A stretch of 64,000 nucleotides of DNA, taken from Anaeromyxobacteraceae bacterium. GTDB taxonomy: Bacteria > Myxococcota > Myxococcia > Myxococcales > Anaeromyxobacteraceae. The notes beneath the pieces are model-generated. The model was given only the letters and a program-made list of their open reading frames with translations, ran no database searches and was not told the origin of the DNA. The first letter of the stretch is position 1; every line of letters starts with the position of its first letter. Shown piece after piece: positions 55,669 through 64,000 of the stretch. The stretch is from positions 1,216,001-1,280,000 of the forward strand of contig JASGHJ010000002.1 in the NCBI GenBank assembly GCA_047602405.1. Reading direction: 5' to 3'. The translations under genes were made by a program, and so were the position numbers.

Positions 55669-55684
55669 CTGACAGCGCGTTCAG
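55669..55684. promoter_or_regulatory. Candidate Myxococcus-type LexA (SOS) box upstream of the HNH gene
   Basis: CTGACAGCGCGTTCAG within the inverted repeat GGCACTGA-N8-TCAGTGCC, 10 nt upstream of the -10 TACGCT. Confidence 0.6.
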
Positions 55685-55813
55685 TGCCCCGGCTCGGGTG
55701 GAGGTCCAGACCGAGTAGATCGCTGACCCTCCTGACCGGTCGGCCCAACCTCCGCCACCTCGCGCGACCGAACGCTCACCGCGCGCGGCGGCAGCCTCTG
55801 GTAGCCTCCCCCC

Positions 55814-57079
55814 GTGTCCGACGACAGCCACAAGCTCACCGCGTTCCGCCCCGTCCCGCTGACGGGCGTCATCTACACGACCACCGAGGCGACGAAGCTC
55901 GGGTTCTCGATGCAGGACCCCGAGTGGTGCAACCTCGGGCAGGGGCAGCCGGAGACGGGCCCGCTCGCCGGCGCGCCGCCGCGCGTTCACGAGGTGAAGA
56001 TCGCCGTCGACGATCAGGAGTACGCCCCGGTCGCCGGGCTCTGGGAGCTCCGCGAGGAGGTGGCCGCGCTTTACAACCGGCTCTACCGCCGCGGCCTGAA
56101 GTCCCAGTACCGCGCCGAGAACGTCTCGGTGTCCGGCGGCGGCCGCGGCTCGCTCACGCGCGCGGTCGCGAGCCTCGGGCACGTGAACCTCGGGCACTTC
56201 CTGCCCGACTACACCGCGTACGAGGAGCTCCTCGACCTCTTCCGCACGTTCACGCCCATCCCGATCCTGCTCGAGGGCGAGCGCGGGTACTCGTTCACGG
56301 TCGACGACCTCCGGAAGGAGGTGCTCGGCCGCGGGCTCTCGGCGCTCCTCATGTCGAACCCGTGCAACCCGACGGGCAAGCTCGTGCAGGGCGACGAGCT
56401 CCGGCGCTGGGTGGAGCTCTCGCGCGAGCTCGACTGCGCGCTCCTCGTCGACGAGTTCTACTCGCACTACGTCTGGACCGCGCCGCCGGGGCGGCTGCCG
56501 ATCGAGAGCGCCGCGCGCTACGTCGAGGACGTCGACAAGGACCCCGTCGTCATCTTCGACGGGTTCACGAAGAACTGGCGCTACCCGGGCTGGCGGCTCA
56601 CCTGGACGATCGGGCCGCGCTCGGTCATCGAGGCGGTCGCATCCGCGGGCTCGTTCCTCGACGGCGGCGGCTCGAAGCCCATCCAGCGCGCCGCCATCCC
56701 GCTCCTCACCGACGAGGCCGTGAAGGCCGAGACCGAGGCCATCCACCGCACCTTCGGCGAGAAGCGCCGCCGGATGCTGCAGCGGCTCGAGACGATGGGC
56801 GTCCGGTTCGACCGCGCGCCCGACGGTACGTTCTACGCGTGGGGCAACGTCGGCCACCTGCCGGCGCCGCTCAACGACGGCATGGGCTTCTTCCGCGAGG
56901 CCCTGAAGCGCAAGGTCATCGTCGTCCCCGGCGAGTTCTTCGACGTGAACCCCGGGAGCCGCCGCCGGCACGCCTCACGGTTCCGCACCTACGTGCGGTT
57001 CTCGTTCGGCCCGTCGGCGGAGACGGTGGAGAAGGCGTGCGACCGGCTGGAGGGGATGATCCGGGAGCACGTGAGGTAG
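55814..57079 (+). CDS. PLP-dependent aminotransferase class I/II
   Basis: NLGQGQPE, SNPCNPTG, DEFY, GFTKNWRYPGWR, VPG, VRFSF. Confidence 0.9.
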   Translation: MSDDSHKLTAFRPVPLTGVIYTTTEATKLGFSMQDPEWCNLGQGQPETGPLAGAPPRVHEVKIAVDDQEYAPVAGLWELREEVAALYNRLYRRGLKSQYRAENVSVSGGGRGSLTRAVASLGHVNLGHFLPDYTAYEELLDLFRTFTPIPILLEGERGYSFTVDDLRKEVLGRGLSALLMSNPCNPTGKLVQGDELRRWVELSRELDCALLVDEFYSHYVWTAPPGRLPIESAARYVEDVDKDPVVIFDGFTKNWRYPGWRLTWTIGPRSVIEAVASAGSFLDGGGSKPIQRAAIPLLTDEAVKAETEAIHRTFGEKRRRMLQRLETMGVRFDRAPDGTFYAWGNVGHLPAPLNDGMGFFREALKRKVIVVPGEFFDVNPGSRRRHASRFRTYVRFSFGPSAETVEKACDRLEGMIREHVR

Positions 57080-57080
57080 C

Positions 57081-57809
57081 TCACTCCTCCGTGCAGCTCA
57101 CCGAGAGCTTGAACACGTAGAACACGTCCACCGGCCGGCCGCCCAGCGTGGCCGGCTTGTAGACCCGCTGCTCGAGCGCGGACATCGCGGCGTCGCTCAT
57201 GAACGGCAGGCCCTTCACGGCCTTGCAGTCGTGCACGTGCCCGTCGGTCGTCACGACGCACCTGATCAGCATCGTGCCCTTCACGTTCTTCGAGAACGCG
57301 GCGTCGGTGCACTCCGGCTTCGGGCCGGACACGAACACCGGGTCGCTCATGCGCGAGCCGTCCCACTCGATCGGGTTGCCGTCGCCGCCGAGCTGGCCAC
57401 CGACCACGCCGCCGACCTGCCCGCCCACCACGCCGCCGGCGACGCCACCGGCCACGCCACCCTCGGCGCCGCCGGCCTCCGCGGGCGCGGAGTCCTGGGC
57501 GGTCTGCTGGGGCGCGACCTCGGGGATGACGGTGGGCGCGATGATCGCGTCCTTCTTGATCGGGACCACCGTCTTGGGCTTCGGCTTCTCCTTCGGCACT
57601 CCGCCGCCGCCGCCCGCCGGCGGGGGCGGGGGAGGGGGCGGCATCCGGCGGAAGGTCACCGGCACCGCGCTCGTCGCCTCGTGCGGCCGGCTCTGGTACC
57701 AGACCGAGAACGCGCCGATGCCGACGTAGAAGCAGATGCCGAGGATGGCGCCGGGCCCGAGCCTGAGCTGCCTCGAGAAGCCTTCGCGGTAGGTGACGCC
57801 GTCGAACAT
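57081..57809 (-). CDS. TonB family energy transducer
   Basis: N-terminal TM helix, poly-Pro, GGVxGG repeats, TonB C-terminal domain (CVVTTDGHV..YKPATLGGRPV). Confidence 0.85.
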   Translation of the reverse strand: MFDGVTYREGFSRQLRLGPGAILGICFYVGIGAFSVWYQSRPHEATSAVPVTFRRMPPPPPPPPAGGGGGVPKEKPKPKTVVPIKKDAIIAPTVIPEVAPQQTAQDSAPAEAGGAEGGVAGGVAGGVVGGQVGGVVGGQLGGDGNPIEWDGSRMSDPVFVSGPKPECTDAAFSKNVKGTMLIRCVVTTDGHVHDCKAVKGLPFMSDAAMSALEQRVYKPATLGGRPVDVFYVFKLSVSCTEE

Positions 57810-57828
57810 GGGGCTCTCCTCTCGTCCT

Positions 57829-59187
57829 CTACGGCTCGTCCGCGAGCGCCCGCCCGTTCGTGGCGACGACGTTCGCGTAGTAGCGCCCGCTCGACTTCAC
57901 GGTGCGCCGCTGGGTCTGGTGGTCGACGTGCACGATGCCGAACCGCATCTTGAAGCCCGACGCCCACTCCAGGTTGTCGAGGAGCGACCAGACCAGGTAG
58001 CCGCGCACGTCGACGCCGGCCTGGATGGCGGCGTGCACCGCGCGCAGGTGGTCGCGCAGGTAGCCGACGCGCAGGTAGTCCTGCACGCCGCCGGCGGGCG
58101 CGGTGGGCGGGTCGTAGAACGCCACGCCGTTCTCGGTGACGTAGATCGGCACGTCGCCGTAGCGCCGCTTCATCCAGACGAGCGCCTCGGTGAAGCTCTC
58201 CGGGTGGACCTCCCAGCCCGTGTCGGTGTACGTGGCGCCGGGCTGGCGCACCTGGGCGGCCCGCACCGGCCACGCGGCCGGGTCGTGCCGGTTCACGCTG
58301 CGCGTGTAGTAGTTGAGGCCGAGGAAGTCGACCTTCGTCCGGAGCGCCGCGACCTCGGCGGCCGGCCACTCGGGCCAGCCCTCGCCGTAGATCTCGCGCA
58401 GCTCCTCGGGGTAGGTGCCGAGCATCGCGGGGTCGAGGTACTGCCGGTTCATGTAGGCCTCGGCGCGTGCGGTGGCGGCGAGATCCTCCGGCGTCTGCGA
58501 GGCCGCGTGCTTCGGCTCGATGTTCACCACGAGGCCAATCTGGTGCTTCCCCGCGGCGCGGTACGCCCCCACCGCGGCGGCGTGCGCGCGCATGAGGTTG
58601 TGCGCGGCGCGGGGCGCCTCGAAGGCGCTCCGGTGGCCGGGGGCGAGGGCGCCGTGGAGGTAGCCGCCGTCGACCACCACCCAGGGCTCGTTGAGCGTCG
58701 CCCAGAGCTTCACGCGGCCGTCGAGCCGCCGGTAGAGGACCTCGGCGTAGTCGGCGAACCAGCCCGCGACGTCCGGGTTGACCCACCCGCCGCGCTCGTC
58801 GAGCGCCGCGGGGAGGTCCCAGTGGTAGAGCGTGAGCATCGGCTGGATGCCGGCCGCGAGCAGCCCGTCCACGAGCCGCTCGTAGTGGTCGAGCCCGCGC
58901 GGGTTCACCGCGCCGCGCCCCTCCGGCATCACCCGGCCCCAGGCCACGGAGAACCGGTACGCCTGCAGGCCGAGCGACCGCATGAGGGCCACGTCCTCGG
59001 GCCAGCGGCGGTACTGGTCGCAGGCGACGTCGCCGGTGTCGCCGTTCGCCATCGTGCCGGGCGTGTGCGAGAAGCGGTGCCAGATGCTCGGCCCGGCGCC
59101 GTCGGCGAGCGGCGAGCCCTCCACCTGGTAGGCGGCGGTCGCCGCGCCCCAGAGGAAGCCCTTCGGGAAGGTGAAGTCGCCGGTCAT
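57829..59187 (-). CDS. GH1 beta-glucosidase
   Basis: FPKGFLWGAATAAYQVEG, YRFSVAW, TLYHWDLP, TLNEP, VTENG, WSLLDNLEW. Confidence 0.95.
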   Translation of the reverse strand: MTGDFTFPKGFLWGAATAAYQVEGSPLADGAGPSIWHRFSHTPGTMANGDTGDVACDQYRRWPEDVALMRSLGLQAYRFSVAWGRVMPEGRGAVNPRGLDHYERLVDGLLAAGIQPMLTLYHWDLPAALDERGGWVNPDVAGWFADYAEVLYRRLDGRVKLWATLNEPWVVVDGGYLHGALAPGHRSAFEAPRAAHNLMRAHAAAVGAYRAAGKHQIGLVVNIEPKHAASQTPEDLAATARAEAYMNRQYLDPAMLGTYPEELREIYGEGWPEWPAAEVAALRTKVDFLGLNYYTRSVNRHDPAAWPVRAAQVRQPGATYTDTGWEVHPESFTEALVWMKRRYGDVPIYVTENGVAFYDPPTAPAGGVQDYLRVGYLRDHLRAVHAAIQAGVDVRGYLVWSLLDNLEWASGFKMRFGIVHVDHQTQRRTVKSSGRYYANVVATNGRALADEP

Positions 59188-62100
59188 CTACGAGAGCTCC
59201 ACGCGCAGGACGTCGGGCTCGTCGACGGCGATGGCCGCGCGCCAGTCGGCGAGCGCCACCGCCGCGCCGCCGGCGCGGTAGGGGTTGGCGGTGCGGGTGA
59301 AGGCGAGCTTCCTCCCGTTCAGCGTGAGGGCCCGGGGCGCGTATCCCTGCTGGTCCACGCGATACTCCACCTTCACCCGGCGCCCCAGCAGCGTGGCCTC
59401 GGCGACGAGGCCGTCCAGCTCCCGCGGGAGGCAGGGGTCCACGACCATCGTACCGCCTTCCGGCCGCAGGCCGAGCAGGCTGCCGACGACGATCGCGAGC
59501 GAGATGCCCGGCCCCGACGAGTACACGCGCCAGCCCCCGTCGAGGGCCACGGTGCCGTCCTTCAGCCGGCCGTACTGCTCGAGCGCCTCGTAGCGGTCGC
59601 GGAACGCCGCGTCGGAGCTCGAGAAGTAGCAGTTCGCCTGGCGCAGCGTCGCCTGCGGCAGCCGCTCCCGCACGCCGATCGGGTTCGTGAGCGCCAGCGC
59701 CTCGACGAGGCCGCGGCCGTCGCCGACGTGCGCGAGCATCTGCGCGTAGCGGAGGTGGGCGTGGGTGTACATGACGCCGATCTCGCGGCCGAAGAAGGTC
59801 GCGGTCTCGACCCGCTGGAAGAGCTTCATCGGGCCGCCGCGGTAGGCCACCGGGCGATCGAAGAGCCGGGCCCCGTCGGGCGCCCAGAGGTGCTCCTTCA
59901 TGAGGGCGAGGTGCGCCTTCGCCTCGTCGGGCGTGAGCAGGTCCTCGAGGATCGCGTGCATCATCGGCAGGAGGCTGTAGTGCACGCCCGTCTCGCCGTC
60001 CCGCGGGTGGAGGAGGTAGCGCGGCGGCGCCCCAGGTGCGAAGTGCGCGTAGCCCGCGATGACGCCGTCGGGCATCAGCCGCGCGCGGAAGGCCTCCTTC
60101 ACCGTGGCGGCCTCGGCCTCGAGCGCGGCGGCGCGCCGCTCGAGCCCCGCGTGGCGAAGCGCGCGGGCGAGGGTGGTGAGGGTCTGGTGGTGGAGCGTCA
60201 CCGTCCAGGCGCTGCACATGTCCTCGCGCAGCGCCGGGTCGGCGGGCTGGAGCGCGTCGTTCCAGTCGCCGTGGCCGTAGGCGGCGAGGGCGGTGCCCTT
60301 CACACGGCGGCGGGCGATGAGGTCGAGCGCGCGCTCCACGTGCGCGAGGATGGGCTCCGGGGCGCCGGTGCCCGGGTGGAAGGGCACGCGCACGTCCAGG
60401 ATGGAGCGGTCCCCGCCCGCGAGGAGGTAGCGCGCCAGCGCGAGGACCGGCCAGAAGACGATGTCGCCGTGCGAGTCGCCGGCCCGGATGCCGCGCTCGC
60501 GCTCGAAGAACTGGAACCACTGCGGCCAGTCACCGTCGGCGTTCTGCGCCGCGAAGAGCCGCTTCACGAGGTCGCGCGCCGCCTCGGCGCCGTCGAGCGC
60601 GAGGAGCAGCTCGAGCGGGCCCTGCGACACGTCGCGGGTGCCCCAGCCGCCGCCCGAGTACTGCTCGAGGCCGCGCGGCGAGAGGTAGTGCACGAGCGCG
60701 TCGTCGAGGAGCCAGGGCACGAGCTCCGAGAGCCGGCGCAGCTCCCGCGCCGCGGCGCCGTCGCCGGCGGGCCGGAGCTCGGGCAGCGGGATCGGCTCGG
60801 CCGGGAGCGCGACGTCCGGCACGAGCTCGCCGGTGAGCTCGAACCCGAAGCAGCCGGAGGCCGGCCCCTCGAGGCAGAGGAACGGCAGGCCGCGGCTCTT
60901 GCCGTCGGTGAACAGGCGGGCGTCGCCCTGGAGCTCGGCGAGCGCGGTGTCGCCGAGCCCTGCGATGCGGAACGCGCCGTCCGGGAACCGCGAGGCGAGC
61001 TCCGAGCCCGCGGGCACCGGGACGACCACGTCGTCGCCTTCGTGCTGGAACGGCACCGGGATGGCCGCGTTGCCGTCGTCGCCGCCGAGGGCCAGGTGGA
61101 GGGTCGCGAGCCAGGCCACCGGCGGTCCCTCGAGGATCCGGGCGCGCAGCGTGAGCGCGTGCTCGTCGGGGCGGGCCGCGCTGACCACCTCGAGCACGCC
61201 GCCCGCGTGCCGGTACACCCACCGGCAGGCGTCGGGGCGCATCTCGAACGCGGAGGGCGTGCCGAGGAGCTGCCAGCGGCCGCCGACCTGCACGAAGAGC
61301 CGGAGCCCCTGCGAGCGGAACAGGCCGAGGTAGCTGCGCACCGTCGAGGAGAGGCGGTTGATGCTGACGTGCCCCTGCGTGACCATCGAGTGGAACGTGC
61401 CGGCCATCCAGGTGGTCGAGGTGAGCGCGCCCTCCTCGGGCACGCGGGCGCGGTTCGTGCGCAGGAGGTGGCCGTGCGGCCGCAGCGTGCGCGCCTCCTT
61501 CGCGCGGAGCACGACGTGGCTGTGCTCGCCGCTGAAGAAGGAGAGGAGCCCGTGGCCGTCGCGCTCCTCGTGCCGCCAGGCGGCGCCGAAGAAGCCGGCG
61601 GAGCTCGCCCTCGGTGAGGTCGTGGCAGGGGAGGATCGGCGCCGCGGCGAACAGCGTGCGCGGCTCCGGCGGCGGGCCGGGCTCCGCGTCGAACCCGGGC
61701 AGCGCGAGGGCGGAGGCCCAGGCGAGCGCGCCGTCCACGAGGGGGAGGTCGGCGGCGGTGGTCGCGGCGGGGTGATCGGCGAGGGCGACGCCGAAGAAGC
61801 CGCCGGTCCACGCCGCGCCGGGGGCGAGCGTCACGGCCTGGTCCTGCACGGCGGCCATGGCGTGCTCGTGCTGGAGCCGGACGCCGGGGAGGCCGAGGTG
61901 AACGCCGGAGGGGTCGCCGCCCATCCTGGGATCCAGGCCGTACACCTGGAGGGCGTCGGTGGCGTAGCTCACGCCACAACGGAGAGAGCCCACGACGGCC
62001 CACGGGTGGCGCCCGGCGCGACCGCCGGGCGCTGCTTGGGGCTGGTTCTGCCGGGCCGCCACCACCCAGCCGCAGCGCGGGTGGGCGAGCGGGGTGAGGT

Positions 62101-62563
62101 CGACGTACTGCGCGACGTAGAACTCGTTCAGGCGGAGCGCACCGTGGCCCGCGAGGCCGATGTCCTGGGCGTGGACGACGTCGATCACCCGGCCGTCGCG
62201 GCTCCGGTTCTCGACCCGGAGCTGCCAGCACCAGGCGGCGAGGTCGGGCGCCAGCGCGAGGGCGAGCTCGACGCGCAGCCCCTCCCACTCGCCGGAGGCG
62301 CGGAACGCGCCGGGGCCGGCGCCGTCCCTCGACGGGGCGGCCCGCAGCGGCGAGCGCGGCCCGAGGAGCGGCGTCACCTCGACGCCCGGGCCGCGGCGCT
62401 GGCGGAGCCAGAGGTTCGCGGGCGACGGCTCCATGCCGTTGCCGAGGAAGAGGTTCACCACGTCTTCGCGGTGCTGGATGCGGCGGATCCCGCCGTCCGG
62501 ATCGAGCTCGAGGCTCAAGCCGGCGGCGTTCCGCACGCGGAGCGGGGCGGGGACGGGGGTCAT
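59188..62563 (-). CDS. GH94-type 1,2-beta-oligoglucan phosphorylase-like protein, +1 frameshift near 61590
   Basis: RLNEFYVAQYVD, HYLSPRGLEQYSGGGWGTRDVSQGP, WPQWF, GHGDWNDALQP, REIGVMYTHAHLRY, GWRVYSSGPG; ATG overlaps the upstream stop; span is 3n+1. Confidence 0.8.
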
Positions 62564-64000
62564 GGAGCCTCGAGCTTCACGGTGGCGGGGCCGGGGGGCA
62601 GGACGAGCTCGCGCCCCCGCCAGCGGAGCTCCCGGCCGGCGTGGAGGGCGCGCGGGAGCGGGCCGGGCAGGGGCCAGGCGAGCCGGACGCCGCCGGGCGG
62701 CGCCGCGAGGCCGCCGCCGAGCTCGAGCAGGTGGCCGCGCGGGGCGGGGGCGAGCCGGTAGGTGAGCGTCCCGTACCAGGTCGAGAGGCCGGCGATGCCG
62801 GTGCCCTCGGCGACCCACGCCGGCGCGAGGCCAGCGCCGAGGATGAGCGCGCCGTCGGCCTCGCGCTCGAACGCGAAGAGGTCGAGCGCCGAGCGGAGGT
62901 AGTCGGAGGAGACCCAGGCGTGCGGCATGTCGCCGAGGAAGTGCACGGTGCGGGGATCCGGCATGACCACCTCGGCCCACTGGTTCCAGGCGGCCGGGCG
63001 GCGGTCCTCGAGGAAGAACTCGAGCATGCGCCGGGCGCGCTCGGGCTGGCCGAGGCGCACGAGCGCGCCCACGGTGCGGAGCTCGTAGGGCGTGTAGTCC
63101 GGGTAGGCCTGCGCGCCGAACGCGCGCGCCGCGCCGGAGACCCAGTAGCGCTCGAAGGTGCGCTCGAGGAGGCCGGGCGAGAGGCGGGCCTGGGCGGGGT
63201 CGAGCGCGACGGTGCTGGAGGTGGGGTCGAAGTCGGCGCGGTCGGCGGCACCGGCGAGCGTGCCGCCGGTCTCCAGCGCGACGAGGTCGGCGGAGCGCGC
63301 GACGTCGGCCTCGAGCTCGGCGGCCCAGGTGGCCCAGCGCGCGCCCTCCTCGGCGTGGCCGAGCGCGCGCGCCATCGCCACCGCGTCCCGGTAGCCGCGG
63401 ATGGCCCAGAAGTCGTCCCAGTACGAGTAGGCGGGCTTGTCGGAGTAGCCCTCGTGGCTGATCGACGGCGGCAACAGCCCCACGAGCTTCGCCGGGTGGG
63501 AGGCCCGGAACTCCGGCGTGCGCGTGCTCTGGCGGAGGTCCTCCATCCAGGCCACGACGCGCTGGACGACCGGCCAGTGGCGCGCGAGGAACGCCGGGTC
63601 CTGCGTGTGCCGGTACACCTCGGCGACCGCGTAGAGGTACTGACCATGGCTGTCGTTCTCGACGACCGGGTCGGCGCCGCGGGCGTCGGCGCAGCAGGGG
63701 ACCTTGCCGGACGGGTAGACGTAGCGCGAGAAGGCGTCCACGAAGTCGCGGGCGGCGTCGGCCTCGCCCATGCGCAGGAGCCCCGACGCCATCATGGCGC
63801 CGTCGCGGATCCAGGTGCGCGCGTAGGAGCGGGTGCCGGGCTTCAGCATGGCGCCGTCGCGGGACATGAGGACGTGCGCGAGCGTCGTGCGGAGCGTCGC
63901 GGGGATCGCGGCGGCGGAGGCCGGGACGTCGACGCGGACGCGGTCGAGCTTGGCGCGCCAGCCGCGGGCGACGGCGTCGAGGCGGGGCTCCGGGGGCGGG
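62560..64000 (-). CDS. Six-hairpin glycoside hydrolase-like protein, 5' end beyond window
   Basis: PGTRSYARTWIRDG, ENDSHG, SISHEGY, YSYWDDFW, YTPYELR, WNQWAEVV, GDMPHAW. Confidence 0.75.
   Translation of the reverse strand, partial: PPPEPRLDAVARGWRAKLDRVRVDVPASAAAIPATLRTTLAHVLMSRDGAMLKPGTRSYARTWIRDGAMMASGLLRMGEADAARDFVDAFSRYVYPSGKVPCCADARGADPVVENDSHGQYLYAVAEVYRHTQDPAFLARHWPVVQRVVAWMEDLRQSTRTPEFRASHPAKLVGLLPPSISHEGYSDKPAYSYWDDFWAIRGYRDAVAMARALGHAEEGARWATWAAELEADVARSADLVALETGGTLAGAADRADFDPTSSTVALDPAQARLSPGLLERTFERYWVSGAARAFGAQAYPDYTPYELRTVGALVRLGQPERARRMLEFFLEDRRPAAWNQWAEVVMPDPRTVHFLGDMPHAWVSSDYLRSALDLFAFEREADGALILGAGLAPAWVAEGTGIAGLSTWYGTLTYRLAPAPRGHLLELGGGLAAPPGGVRLAWPLPGPLPRALHAGRELRWRGRELVLPPGPATVKLEAP

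Noticed and set aside
54432..55813. IscB/Cas9-like RNA-guided nuclease
   Set aside because: No PLMP or RuvC motifs. The upstream gap is only about 165 nt and is largely explained by two divergent promoters and the operator.

Overview
This is a very GC-rich window of a myxobacterial chromosome (Anaeromyxobacter-like, inferred from gene content and order). It is mostly core genes: gcvT-H-PA, folD, purM/N, accD, folC, lptD, serA, hisZ, purA, comEC, carD/cdnL, ispDF, cysS, csp, uvrB, uvrC and rpmB. Accessory modules are a gamma-glutamylation-type amine catabolism operon, a three-gene cAMP cassette (CHASE2 cyclase, CRP-family protein, class II phosphodiesterase), an insert between uvrB and uvrC, a foreign-looking HNH endonuclease gene and the end of a probable beta-1,2-glucan utilisation operon. 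Main observations: (1) seven genes carry a +1 frameshift, and six are explained by the same event, GATC read as GAATC or GATTC, which suggests a GATC-targeted DNA modification disturbing base-calling; (2) the HNH gene looks leaderless and has a Myxococcus-type LexA box over its promoter; (3) a canonical sigma54 promoter points antisense into the cdnL-ispDF gap; (4) an unannotated 18-aa hydrophobic peptide sits in the purM leader; (5) a hairpin-dense intergenic ncRNA candidate lies at about 6.6-6.85 kb; (6) TAnnnT-N6-8-start leaderless architecture recurs. I saw no rRNA, tRNA, CRISPR array or transposase. All calls come from reading the sequence and recalled motifs; no searches were run.
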